This document shows positions 1-9,566 of a stretch of DNA of 64,000 nt, piece after piece. The DNA is from a virus: positions 32,001 through 96,000 of IMG/VR virus record IMGVR_UViG_3300049043_000070; one strand, given 5' to 3'. The position numbers and the translations under genes were made by a program. How positions within the stretch are numbered: position 1 is the stretch's first letter; the number at the start of each line of letters is the position of its first letter. Under the pieces are notes generated by a model that saw only the letters and a list, made by a program, of their open reading frames with translations, did no database searches and was not told the origin of the DNA.

Positions 1-18
1 AATCCATACGAATTCACT

Positions 19-297
19 ATGACTACTGTAGAAGGACGCCCCAATATTGAACATGATTGGGAAGCAGAATATAGAAATCAGCGTAAAAATCGTCTGACTG
101 ATGCTGTCCATGACTATCTGGATGATAACGACACATCTATCCTTGAATTCTACAACGATCTGCGAGATATTATCGTAGAGATGAACAACTATCATAAAAA
201 GTTTGCTGATAAGGCCGAGGGTGCCCTGCTGCTCGTCCACGGCAAACCCAGCGTGGACAAATGTGATGATGACATCCCAGGCGATCCTTCCTACTGA
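19..297 (+). CDS. hypothetical phage protein
   Basis: 92-aa acidic ORF in a tightly packed + strand gene run. Confidence 0.7.
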   Translation: MTTVEGRPNIEHDWEAEYRNQRKNRLTDAVHDYLDDNDTSILEFYNDLRDIIVEMNNYHKKFADKAEGALLLVHGKPSVDKCDDDIPGDPSY

Positions 298-324
298 TAA
301 ATATTCTGACGCACTCAAATTACC

Positions 325-522
325 ATGAATGAAGAAGAACTGAAACAAGTTATTGACAATCTGCTACAAATGCAGAGCAATAATGAGTATAATTTTCAAT
401 TGCTACAAGCACGTATTGATATGCTACAGAAGCAATTAGATGATCTCAATGATGTTAGAGAAGTTTTTAGGCTTCCTAAACCAGAAAATCAAAATCGTGA
501 AGCATTTGAACAAATCAATTGA
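325..522 (+). CDS. hypothetical coiled-coil protein
   Basis: 65-aa ORF with heptad-like pattern; stop overlaps next ATG. Confidence 0.65.
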   Translation: MNEEELKQVIDNLLQMQSNNEYNFQLLQARIDMLQKQLDDLNDVREVFRLPKPENQNREAFEQIN

Positions 523-791
523 TGAAATTCAAGCAAGGTCAGTACATAATCTATCGTGGAACTACAGGATGGGTTGATTTTATTGATGATCAATACATCA
601 CCATTTGTTTTCTTGACAAAGTAGATTTCACCAAGCATAATGGTAGGTATCAAGTATCGTTATTAGTTTTTCGTGAGAATTGGCATGAAGTATGCAGTTG
701 TGTGGATGAAACAAAAGAAGAACAAGAAAGCAAAACAACAAGCTATTTTCTTCAATCTAGAGGATGCGATTATGTGGGAGCAGCATGTTAG
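519..791 (+). CDS. hypothetical protein (3' end uncertain; overlapping ORF 706-843 MKQKKNKKAKQQAIFFNLEDAIMWEQH... also plausible)
   Basis: ORF track plus manual translation. Confidence 0.5.
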   Translation: MMKFKQGQYIIYRGTTGWVDFIDDQYITICFLDKVDFTKHNGRYQVSLLVFRENWHEVCSCVDETKEEQESKTTSYFLQSRGCDYVGAAC

Positions 792-832
792 CATGACTGA
801 GCATGTGAAAACCGAGATCCATCCCGTATTTG

Positions 833-912
833 AGAACAGTTGAATAAGTGTCACATCGCAAGTCCTATAAGGTCTCAGAAACCTTGACCCCACCTACGCT
901 TTTCTCTACTAT
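833..912 (+). promoter_or_regulatory. palindrome copy P0 followed by canonical sigma70-type promoter
   Basis: AGAACAGT-TGAATA-AGTGTCAC at 833-854; TTGACC (884-889), 17 nt, TACTAT (907-912) upstream of ATG 941. Confidence 0.6.
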
Positions 913-940
913 ATACTAATAAGGCAATCCAAACAAACCA

Positions 941-1639
941 ATGACCAACTACGAAGTCCTTAAAAATCTCGCTACAGGTGTTTTAGATGATGTTAACCCA
1001 GGCAAGATCAGAATTTATCTAGATTCAAGCATATGGTTTAACGCAAGAAAATTACATGCCTTTAGTCAAGAAAAATCCTTTCTCTTCAATCATTTACGAA
1101 TCTCGACTTCGGAAATCAGACAGAAATTCTTGTTAATAAGATGGTTTCTCATCTGGGCATCAATCTCATCGAGGATGAAGTTATTGTTGTTGGCAAATAG
1201 AAGACAGGCAAGAAAGAAGGTCAAGAGTGGTAGAACTTAAGGTGATAAAAAAACGAATAAAGTTAAAGTTGGAAATAAAAATCTTGTCAAGTAGATCACT
1301 ATATTCGTATCAAGCGTAAAGATGGAGTTTGGAAGTTGTATTTGGAATCGAAATGGATCCTGTATTGCCACACGGAGGAAAAGGAGAATCTAATAGATAA
1401 AGTGTTAGCAGTTTGCGAAGACTCTTGGTGCTGATGAAGGAGTGTATTTTATTCCTGTATTGAAAACTATTCCTCCAGAACTTGCTGGCACAATGTCGCA
1501 GACATAAAAATTACTTGGAACTTCAAGATCTTCTCGATCTAGATTTCCAGATTGTCCGTTTACTGCTGATATGGTTTTTGAAGTGTATAAAGAGTTCGCT
1601 GAAGAATTTCTTGCTAAACTTGAAAAAGATGAAGTATGA
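941..1639 (+). CDS. putative PD-(D/E)xK restriction endonuclease-like protein (split by several indels)
   Basis: Joined frames give ...FGNQTEILVNKMVSHLGINLIEDE...VDHYIRIKRKDGVWKLYLESK...ADEGVYFIPVLKTIPPEL...LAKLEKDEV*; TGA overlaps the MTase ATG (ATGA at 1636-1639). Confidence 0.45.
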
Positions 1640-2525
1640 AACCTCTAAGTTAAGTATCAAGGTGGCAAATCTCGTGCAAGATTAAGATTATCTCAGCAGT
1701 TGATGCCCGAAAGAATACGATCGTATTGTGGAACCATTTTGTGGTGGCGCATGCCGCTTCTCTTTACTTCGAGAAACCAGCAGTGGTTTGTGAGTAGAAG
1801 ACTGGGAAGTCATTAACCTATACAAATCTGTTGCTGACAATCAAGGATTGCGTCGGAATTATGGTTTCCAAACTCATGAAATCAAACAGTATGATCATGA
1901 TAGGTTGGAGCAGAAAAGTATTATGCACCGTGCAGGGAGAATGATCAGACAAGGGGTTTGATCATGAGCGAGATGTTGAGTGGGCGAGAGCTCTTGCTTA
2001 TGTTGTTGTTCGTCAACTTTGTTTTAGTGGCATGGAGCGATATAATTCTAGTGGTGAATTTAATGTTCCATTTGGTCACTACAAAAATTTCTCCTGTGAC
2101 ATAGACTATGATAATTCTGGTCAGTATTGGAGTCTTTTACCAAATCCAAAATTATTCAGCGGTGATTTTGGAACTAGCACTCAATGAAGCAACTGAAAAT
2201 GACTTTGTACTCATTGATCCTCCTGATCTTGAACGTCTTGGGTATCATCAGTGGTGATGGAGGCGATGATGTCCACTCGTTGAGCCGTGAAAAGTTCTAA
2301 AGAATTCTTCATACAAATGGATGATTGTTCACTCTGACCATGAGTTCTATTCGTGAGCAATACAATGACTTCAACATATATGCGGAGGACTTTATACACT
2401 GTCAGCGATTTGGTTGGAGCAGGAAACCCATTCTAATGCCAAAGTTCAGCACCTCGTACATCACGAACTATCCAGTTGAGGAACTGGCACGCCCCACAGT
2501 GACGGACCACCTTGAGGATGTATGA
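1636..2525 (+). CDS. dam: Dam-like (D12 class) DNA adenine methyltransferase, frameshifted
   Basis: Joined frames: MKPLVKYQGGKSR, VEPFCGG (motif I), RYNSSGEFNVPFGHYK, IDPP (motif IV region), C-terminal HLYITNY; the 3' end reads through palindrome P1. Confidence 0.8.
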
Positions 2526-2526
2526 T
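2469..2526 (+). promoter_or_regulatory. palindrome/-10 cassette P1
   Basis: TATCCAGT-TGAGGA-ACTGGCAC, 30 nt, TATGAT. Confidence 0.7.
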
Positions 2527-2961
2527 GACAAGGGGAATTGCGAGACACCCATGCAACTCGTCCAAGGCGCCATGCAGGTTGTCAACTACACTACCCCGCT
2601 GCTGGTATGACCGATAAGTTCGTTCAAGTTGCACCTCGTTTGATGGTGCTGATGATCGAGCGAGCGTCTGATCTCCAAGCGTGATACGGAGCGTCAGGCG
2701 GATCGAGCGTATCAATCAGTGTGGTCATCAAGTGGTGAAGCTCCACGCCCAACCCCGTATCAAGATGATGGTGTGCTGCTGATGCTTACTGTTCTACTCT
2801 CCACCGTTCTGACGCACACAAGATCCATATGTTGCTCCTGAAAACATCCGCCGCCATTGTGCTATTGCTGTTGGCATTCCTTATGCTTTCAGACAACTTT
2901 ACCGACCAAGAGTGGTGGCAGTTCGTAGGACGCGTCCGTGGTCATTTGAAGATGCTCCAAC

Positions 2962-3247
2962 GTGTTTGAATTTCCGCACAAACCTCCGCAAGGTTATTCA
3001 TATGAGATCAGTGAGCACAAACGTAATGTGATTGCTATTTGGATTTGTAATCACGGCAAATTTAGCTGACACTGATGATAGTCCTGTTAAATCTATATGG
3101 GGATTTTATGATACCAAAAAAAGGTGTTATCATGCGCCTATTAACTCCACCAAGCATGGAGATAAGGTAGAGTTTGAGAAAACCACTCCATACTCTGCGA
3201 TGCTAATCAAAAAACCACTTCGCCCTTCCGTTCTTTCTTTCGTTTGA
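2962..3247 (+). CDS. hypothetical cyanophage-type protein (one indel)
   Basis: FEFPHKPPQGYSYEISEHKRNVIAIWICNH joined to SIWGFYDTKKRCYHAPINSTKHGDKV. Confidence 0.6.
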
Positions 3248-3249
3248 TC

Positions 3250-3781
3250 ATGAAATCTTTTTGGCAAGAAGTTCTTCTTCTCCCATATCAATCAAACTCT
3301 CAAGATAATCCTCTTCATGAACAACAGGTTCGTGAATTGCTTGATAAGTACGGATATACTTATGTGTATCAACCGAATGGATCTCAGGCATCACCTGATT
3401 TTCGTGTAACACTTCCCAGTGGTCAGTATTGTGGACATTGAATGTAAATCTTCCAGACAAACTTTTCCGACCTACAATGGAGGTCTTCCTAAAAAAGGTG
3501 TAGTCTATATTTTTAGTGCCAAGAAGTACAATGAAACTACAATCTTCTTTGCTGATGACATTGTAACGGACAGAAAACGTGATCTTTATTCTCAACTGGT
3601 CGAAGATCTCAACGCCGTGTTGAAGACATATCAACTGGATGAAAAATGGCAGAATGATCCTCGTGGATTTGACTTTTACATCCGTAACATGTATACTCAA
3701 ACTGGTAAAGGTAAAAGAGATTATTTCAAACACCCAGATCGCCAACACTGTGAACAAAATGTACTCAATTTTGACTGGTAA
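3250..3781 (+). CDS. putative type II restriction endonuclease (PD-(D/E)xK), one indel near 3420
   Basis: QPNGSQASPDFRV...IVDIECKSS catalytic-like motif; overlaps the downstream MTase by 23 nt. Confidence 0.65.
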
Positions 3782-4626
3782 TTGCCAAGAAGTTCTCTCT
3801 ACCTATGATGAGAACTCATTTCATTCATGTATTACTGATCCTCCCTACGGTATGGGTATGGATCACTGGGATCATTCTGTGCCCAGTGTAGATATCTGGC
3901 GTGAAGTGTATCGTACACTGCGCCCTGGAGCGTTTTGTCTTGCTTTCTGCTCACCTGAGTTGTATCATCGGTTAGCAGTGAATGTTGAAGATGCTGGATT
4001 TCAAATCAAAGACCAGATTATGTGGATGACTACCACAAAAATGCCAAAGTTTAATCGTTTAAAACCAGCACATGAGCCAATTGTTGTGGCACAAAAACCA
4101 TATGAAGGTACTTTAAAAAGTAATCATGAAGAATTGGGGATGTGGTCTGATTGATACAGAGAATACCCGTGTGCCCTGGGAGAAAGAACCACCCAAAGGT
4201 TGGGTTGCTCAAGGTGCCAAGCGTCGTACATTTGGTCGTGATGGTAACACTACTGGTAGTGGTGCTGAGTATGGAACTGTAGATGCTAATCCAGCTGGTC
4301 GTTATCCTTCTAATATCATTGGTGAGGTAGAACCAGAACATCAAAAGTATTTTTATGCTCCGCGAGCAACGCGGAAAGAAAAAGGAGTAGATAATGATCA
4401 CCCCACAGTCAAACCACTCAGTTTGATGGAATACCTTATCAGGATCTATTCTCCAGTTAATTCTACTGTTTTGGATCCATTTTGTGGTAGTGGCAGCACT
4501 GGTGTTGCTGCTGTTCGGACTGGACGCCAATTTGTTGGTGTTGACCTGGAAACACATTATTGCCAGCTTGCCCAGGATCGTATAGCATCTGAGATGCGCC
4601 TGGAAGCGCCTGTAACCCCCCTCTAA
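3759..4626 (+). CDS. beta-class N4-C/N6-A DNA methyltransferase, one indel near 4130
   Basis: MYSILTGNCQEVL...CITDPPYG (motif IV), LKPAHEPI, HPTVKP, TVLDPFCGSGSTGVAA (motif I). Confidence 0.9.
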
Positions 4627-4631
4627 CCCCT

Positions 4632-4826
4632 ATGACCTACCCTTGCCCCTCTGTGGTCACCAACGTGACCCTGGACACCCAGCAGATCAAGTTTCTGATT
4701 GACCTGATGTGGGGACACGATGCCCGTGATGCCCGCAAGACAGCGAAGCACCATGGCGTTGATGACATCGCTGTGCAGTGCCAGTTGTGGAACTGTCTAC
4801 AGAGTGCCCTTGCTGAGCTGGATTGA
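4632..4826 (+). CDS. hypothetical protein; C-terminus encoded by cassette P2
   Basis: 64-aa ORF. Confidence 0.55.
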   Translation: MTYPCPSVVTNVTLDTQQIKFLIDLMWGHDARDARKTAKHHGVDDIAVQCQLWNCLQSALAELD

Positions 4827-4835
4827 CCCTATAAT
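4778..4835 (+). promoter_or_regulatory. palindrome/-10 cassette P2
   Basis: GTGCCAGT-TGTGGA-ACTGTCTA, 30 nt, TATAAT. Confidence 0.75.
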
Positions 4836-4863
4836 TACAAGGTAATCAACGGAGCACCACCCC

Positions 4864-5007
4864 ATGTGGGACGAAATCCAAGATATGCCTGCTGAGATCT
4901 TTGACATCTCTGACGAAGATCGTGATGAGAACGGCGAAGTTTTTGCCATGTCTGAAGAAGAGTATTTTGAATACTGGAACCCAGAATGTGTTGCTTACGC
5001 TAACTAA
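4864..5007 (+). CDS. small acidic hypothetical protein (47 aa)
   Basis: MWDEIQDMPAEIFD... directly downstream of P2. Confidence 0.55.
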   Translation: MWDEIQDMPAEIFDISDEDRDENGEVFAMSEEEYFEYWNPECVAYAN

Positions 5008-5170
5008 TTATGAAAACTCAAACTTGGTTCTTTTTAGTCATCGCCATTCTGATGTGGAATGGTATGCTGATCAAACGAGATCAGCAGATGTTTGAGGCAT
5101 ACGACCGAGCGTGTGCTCAACTGCCTCAAGGTCACCCCGATTGTCGTTATTCACCTTATCACAAATAATC

Positions 5171-5302
5171 ATGGAAGAAGTTTTGCTTGATCGTTACATT
5201 CTGGATCAACTGGACAAGTATGATCTAGACCTGTCTGAGCACGAATGGGATAGTGATGTGCCAGTTGAACAACTGTCCCCAGAGGCGCTAGAGCTGCTCT
5301 GA
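5171..5302 (+). CDS. small acidic hypothetical protein
   Basis: MEEVLLDRYILDQ...DSDVPVEQLSPEALELL; C-terminus reads through P3. Confidence 0.5.
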   Translation: MEEVLLDRYILDQLDKYDLDLSEHEWDSDVPVEQLSPEALELL

Positions 5303-5314
5303 TTGCCCTATACT
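5258..5314 (+). promoter_or_regulatory. palindrome/-10 cassette P3
   Basis: GTGCCAGT-TGAACA-ACTGTCCC, 29 nt, TATACT. Confidence 0.75.
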
Positions 5315-5341
5315 GATTACATCAGCGAAAGACACCACGCC

Positions 5342-5695
5342 ATGACCACCACCTTCGCCCAGTTCGCTTCCGAGCAAACCGCCCGTAACACCATTCAACT
5401 CAACATCGTCAAGTATTGCTTGATGCTCTGTGATGCTCTCAAGCAGGTTGCTCCTGATGGTTACGGTTATGAACTGAATAGCTCTGGTCGTAAGTATCAC
5501 AAAATCTACATGTGTATCAACGGTCAGCGTGATAGCATCCACGCTTTTATTGACAAGACCAACGGTTATGTGTACAAACCTGCTAGCATCAAAGCTCCTG
5601 CCAAAGGTGTACGCTACAACCTGCTCGTTATGAGCGAGCGTGAGCAGATGCTTGAGAAGTGTGACTGGGCAGGCGGTTACCTTTACATGCGGTGA
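5342..5695 (+). CDS. hypothetical phage early protein
   Basis: GRKYHKI...SIHAFIDKTNGYVYKPASIKAPAKGVRYNL...CDWAGGYLY, a motif pattern I recognise from phage hypothetical proteins. Confidence 0.75.
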   Translation: MTTTFAQFASEQTARNTIQLNIVKYCLMLCDALKQVAPDGYGYELNSSGRKYHKIYMCINGQRDSIHAFIDKTNGYVYKPASIKAPAKGVRYNLLVMSEREQMLEKCDWAGGYLYMR

Positions 5696-5698
5696 TGC

Positions 5699-5727
5699 TT
5701 GACATTCCGCATCATCCCTGCTAAATT
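5699..5727 (+). promoter_or_regulatory. sigma70-like early promoter
   Basis: TTGACA (5699-5704), 17 nt, TAAATT (5722-5727). Confidence 0.65.
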
Positions 5728-5749
5728 ATCTACAGAGTTCGTCTTTACC

Positions 5750-5977
5750 ATGCACTACATCGTTACTAACGGCAACGCATACGCTATTGATCACCCGCAA
5801 GATGCCATTTATGGTGCTCCTGTGCTTGAAGATGGTACTGTTGATTGGGATGGTTCATACGACATTGTGTGGGACTATCTTGGTGAAGAAGAGCGTGAGT
5901 ATGTAGCTCACCTTGCTTATCATCTTCAAGAGATTGCTAAACTGTCAGAAGAGCACACGGAGGTGTTTGTCAAATGA
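5750..5977 (+). CDS. hypothetical protein
   Basis: MHYIVTNGNAYAIDH...; follows the promoter. Confidence 0.65.
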   Translation: MHYIVTNGNAYAIDHPQDAIYGAPVLEDGTVDWDGSYDIVWDYLGEEEREYVAHLAYHLQEIAKLSEEHTEVFVK

Positions 5978-6229
5978 AGTACAATCCACTGGTTGAATAC
6001 ATCCAGACGTTGGTAGAACCATTCCCCAATCGTTATACGATGGGTGAATATAGTATCAGTGTGGCACCACGTCAAGACCTGACATATGAGGAGAATGCCA
6101 AATACTGGCGCGTATTCAGTAGATTTCCTGAATGAATTTGCTGCAGCACTTGCCAGATCGCTTCCTCGTGATGTAGAATTCAAGTCTTACGACCACCTCC
6201 AGAACAAACTTACACTTTTTAAGAAATGA
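5974..6229 (+). CDS. hypothetical protein (one indel)
   Basis: MKYNPLVEYIQTLVEPFPNRY...EFAAALARSLPRDVEFKSYDHLQNKLTLFKK; ATGA overlaps at both ends. Confidence 0.55.
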
Positions 6230-6552
6230 ACAATGAAGACTGCCTGCGTATCTCTGAATACCGTGATGATGTGTATGACTGGGCGTGTACCCGCTTTAAG
6301 CAATTGATTGCTGAGGGTGACAATGACCATGCGTTAGCACTTGCTGACGAGTTCTTTGAGTGGTTGGATCCAGAACAGCTAAGATAATGAGGTGACTTTG
6401 TTTTTTAATGAGGATGAACTTAGAGAACACTACGCAGAAATCAGTCAGTGGTCTTAGATCACTGATTATGAATTATATTAAGGCATATAACAACGATAAT
6501 CATTCTCTTGCTGAACAGTTACTTTTTCAAATAAAGACCATCCGAGAAAAAA

Positions 6553-6723
6553 ATGAAAGTAACAATTGAACTTGGAGAAGATCTACAGGAAGAGTATTTG
6601 TCCTGGATTGCCGTCAAAGATAGTTTGAAGATTGACAAGACCATCAACTCCTTTCTATACTACACATATTATTATGGAACATTCAAGAACCCCAAAAATC
6701 CAGACGATGTGGAGGAGCAATGA
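6553..6723 (+). CDS. small hypothetical protein, possibly ribbon-helix-helix-like
   Basis: MKVTIELGEDLQEEYLSWIAVKDSLKIDKTINSFL; the fold suggestion is weak. Confidence 0.45.
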   Translation: MKVTIELGEDLQEEYLSWIAVKDSLKIDKTINSFLYYTYYYGTFKNPKNPDDVEEQ

Positions 6724-6995
6724 GCGAAATTCCTAATTTTAAAAATGGTGACGATGAAAACTTCTTTTATGATATTTTTGATGAGAAACTAATCCAGTAC
6801 AAGTTCTTGCTGGATAAAGTTCGTGACACGATGTTTGCTGGAACTGGAAACGGATCTTACGCAAACGTTCCTGGATCATTTTTGGATGTTCTTCATCGGA
6901 TTACCAGAGATCTATTGTATGATACTTGTGACCGATTTGAAGAAGAAAAACCAGAATACAAAAAGAATGTCAGGTTAACATGCGAAATGACCTGA
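6720..6995 (+). CDS. hypothetical protein
   Basis: 91-aa ORF. Confidence 0.65.
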   Translation: MSEIPNFKNGDDENFFYDIFDEKLIQYKFLLDKVRDTMFAGTGNGSYANVPGSFLDVLHRITRDLLYDTCDRFEEEKPEYKKNVRLTCEMT

Positions 6996-7080
6996 TAACC
7001 AAAGATGAACTCAAACAGAATATCAAAGAAGCTTTGAAAGAAGTTTCACCTGAAAATTTATCGCTATTTACTCTCGGTTC

Positions 7081-7341
7081 ATGACAATCTCTGTAATTGA
7101 AAACACTGATGGCACGTTCACAATCGACTGGGACGAAAACGACCCCAAAGAAAAAGTCCTCAACGACTGGACAGAAGAAGACTTCATCGAGTGTATCCGC
7201 TCGCACTGCGAAAAAATTATCGCAAAATCTGACGACCCTGACAACGAGCAAGTCGCCATCGAAGACGCCATCCAAGCGCACATCGACGCCCAAATTAGAA
7301 AAGACGAAGACCCAGAAAACGTCCCTCGTCTATTCTTCTGA
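7081..7341 (+). CDS. acidic hypothetical protein (overlapped by a second ORF)
   Basis: MTISVIENTDGTFTIDWDENDP... Confidence 0.6.
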   Translation: MTISVIENTDGTFTIDWDENDPKEKVLNDWTEEDFIECIRSHCEKIIAKSDDPDNEQVAIEDAIQAHIDAQIRKDEDPENVPRLFF

Positions 7342-7493
7342 TCTGGAATTGTTTCCATACGTGGATACATTTCCATATCGTCTAGAAGATCAATCCGAAA
7401 AGAAAACCTGTTATTTCCAATGTGAAGAGCCATGCTAGAAAGTACATCGAACGATACAAACCAGAATACAGATTATACTGTTACACTAGATGA
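7097..7493 (+). CDS. basic hypothetical protein (one indel near 7430)
   Basis: K/S/T-rich N-terminus, then FPYRLEDQSEKKTCYFQCEEHARKYIERYKPEYRLYCYTR* after removing one extra C. Confidence 0.55.
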
Positions 7494-7626
7494 AGATGAG
7501 AATGGTGATCTGTTTATGCCCATTCCAGCAGATTTCCTCACTGAACTTGGTTGGACTGAAGATGATTTGCTGGAATGGATTGTAGAAGGTGACCAAATTA
7601 TCCTCCGTAAGGTAGAAGAAGAGTAA
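7432..7626 (+). CDS. AbrB/MazE/SpoVT-like DNA-binding protein
   Basis: YTVTLDEDENGDLFMPIPADFLTELGWTEDDLLEWIVEGDQIILRKV fits the swapped-hairpin pattern (G-x-I-x-IP...LG...D-x-L...I-x-L-x-K). Confidence 0.6.
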   Translation: MLESTSNDTNQNTDYTVTLDEDENGDLFMPIPADFLTELGWTEDDLLEWIVEGDQIILRKVEEE

Positions 7627-7631
7627 ATGTC

Positions 7632-8042
7632 ATGGGCATGTTTGATTACTTCAGATCATCATATGATCTTGGACCACAACTCACAAATGTAGAGTGTCAG
7701 ACAAAAGATATTGAAGATGGTATTGGTGGTACGATGACACAATACTGGTTGGATCCTGCTGGTTACCTGTATTACATTGATTACTCACATACACTCGACT
7801 TGAAGATCTATGAACCAGGGGATCCAGAGTATAATGAAGAACGATCATGGTTGAACTTTGAATGGGTGCCAAATGGTACTCGTGGTAGGGTAAATATATT
7901 TCTGCTCACCAAATATGTTGAAGTCTACACATCAACATGGGGTGGTGCGTGGGAAGACTGGCCTCGTGCTAAAATACATTTCAAACATGGCAGGTTGATT
8001 GACTATGAGCTTTTCACTCGTAACACTAAAACACAGGAATGA
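7632..8042 (+). CDS. hypothetical phage protein
   Basis: MGMFDY...CQTKD... 136-aa ORF. Confidence 0.75.
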   Translation: MGMFDYFRSSYDLGPQLTNVECQTKDIEDGIGGTMTQYWLDPAGYLYYIDYSHTLDLKIYEPGDPEYNEERSWLNFEWVPNGTRGRVNIFLLTKYVEVYTSTWGGAWEDWPRAKIHFKHGRLIDYELFTRNTKTQE

Positions 8043-8298
8043 TTGGGGTAATGACTGGTACATCCAGATCATCAATACTGGCACACATTTCCCCAGACCA
8101 CTTAGGAAGAAATCACTACTACAGGTGTCATTATCATGGAACGATGATCACTGTTGGCCATATCTACAGATCAATTCTGGTGGTGGCACATTGTTTGGCA
8201 TGATGTTCTGGGTGTATAAGTTTGGATTTGACATTAGCATTTGGAGCAGAACTTGGACCTGGGAACATCTGAGAGATAAAGCAAATGAAACTGTTTGA
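7999..8298 (+). CDS. aromatic-rich hypothetical protein (paralog of the next gene)
   Basis: DWGNDWYIQII...LLQVSLSWND...WPYLQINSG. Confidence 0.6.
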   Translation: MTMSFSLVTLKHRNDWGNDWYIQIINTGTHFPRPLRKKSLLQVSLSWNDDHCWPYLQINSGGGTLFGMMFWVYKFGFDISIWSRTWTWEHLRDKANETV

Positions 8299-8561
8299 TT
8301 ACTACCACTACGAAGATTATGGGCACGAATGGTATTTCCAGTTGCTCTCAGTTTATCCACACTTCGCACTGATTAGATTGTGTCATTCAGTGGGATGAAT
8401 ACCCAGCAACAGAAGTATTCCCCATGCTACTGATTAGCTTTGGTAGTAGATCAGTCACAGGGTTCTCATTCCGCTGGAAGTGGTTTGAAATTCGCTGTGA
8501 TTTTCTCACATCAGAACCACGCAACTTCAACAAATACCATCGTAGAGACACATACCTATGA
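8285..8561 (+). CDS. aromatic-rich hypothetical protein, frameshifted
   Basis: DYGHEWYFQLL...IQWDEYPATEVFPMLLISFGSRSVTGFSFRWKWF. Confidence 0.5.
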
Positions 8562-8687
8562 CATTCAGCACACCGCTCAAAGGAACTAACAAGAAGAAAA
8601 CTACTCTGAACTGGTGGGAATACTGGATTGGTCATTGCTGGATGACAGGATGGCAGAGCATTAGCATGAACTTCCGCATGTGGGGAG

Positions 8688-8930
8688 ATCTCATGACATC
8701 AAACTACCATCAGCTACGCTCTCATGCGTGAAGATGACCCAGAGGAAGAGTGTAAAGAATGGTTCTGGGTATCGTTGAATGAAGATGATGTTTACCCCAA
8801 AGAGTTTCTAGAGTATCTACTACAAATGTGCGAGGATATAGAGCTGGGCAAAGTAGAAACATATTCCATAGATGAAGTTATGGATAGACTAAAAAATGAA
8901 TTGGACATAGACGATGAAACAACTACCTGA
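8688..8930 (+). CDS. acidic hypothetical protein (start approximate)
   Basis: DDPEEECKEWFWVSLNEDDVYPKEFLEYLLQM. Confidence 0.6.
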
Positions 8931-8968
8931 TAAGAAAGCACTGGATATTATGTGGACAGTGGCAACGA

Positions 8969-9027
8969 GTGGCAGTTTAGAAACTGGCACACGTCCCCAT
9001 TACGGTTTCGCTGATCTGTTGTATGAT
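8969..9027 (+). promoter_or_regulatory. palindrome/-10 cassette P4 (extra overlapping site at 8953-8975)
   Basis: GTGGCAGT-TTAGAA-ACTGGCAC, 31 nt, TATGAT. Confidence 0.7.
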
Positions 9028-9073
9028 TACCTCACAGACAACCTCAAAAACACCTACGGAGTAGAACTCAACC

Positions 9074-9490
9074 ATGACTTACGAAGTTAAAGTTCAATTC
9101 AAGTTTGATGCTACTTACACTTATAACTATAATTCCAGCTATGATGCTGATGATTTTATCCCAGAAGAGCATTATTTGATTACTGCTCCCGCTGCTGATC
9201 TGAATGCCAAACAGTATTTCAAACTGTTTGAGAAGTTCTTGCTGTGTGTGGGTATGTGCCCCAGTTCTATTCGCTCTGGTGCTATGTCGTTGGTATTCAA
9301 TGACTGGACTGGTGAAGAAGAGCAGCGTAAAGTGTGTAAAGAGTATGAGATCACGATGGATGAAGACCTTGATGAGAAATTCAAGGAATGGAAGATCCGT
9401 GATGAAGAGATTGCCCGTCTTTTGAATAGCAAGAAAGGTCCCATGGGGACTGTATTACAACAAGAAGAAGACCTGATCGGTCTGGAGTGA
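9074..9490 (+). CDS. hypothetical protein
   Basis: 138-aa ORF; stop TGA lies in the left arm of P5. Confidence 0.75.
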   Translation: MTYEVKVQFKFDATYTYNYNSSYDADDFIPEEHYLITAPAADLNAKQYFKLFEKFLLCVGMCPSSIRSGAMSLVFNDWTGEEEQRKVCKEYEITMDEDLDEKFKEWKIRDEEIARLLNSKKGPMGTVLQQEEDLIGLE

Positions 9491-9544
9491 CAGTTGGATA
9501 AGTGGCACAGGGGGTGCTGAGATGCCCTCCTGATGCCCTATACT
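9487..9544 (+). promoter_or_regulatory. palindrome/-10 cassette P5
   Basis: GTGACAGT-TGGATA-AGTGGCAC, 30 nt, TATACT. Confidence 0.8.
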
Positions 9545-9566
9545 TATTTCATAAGCGAGACACCCC

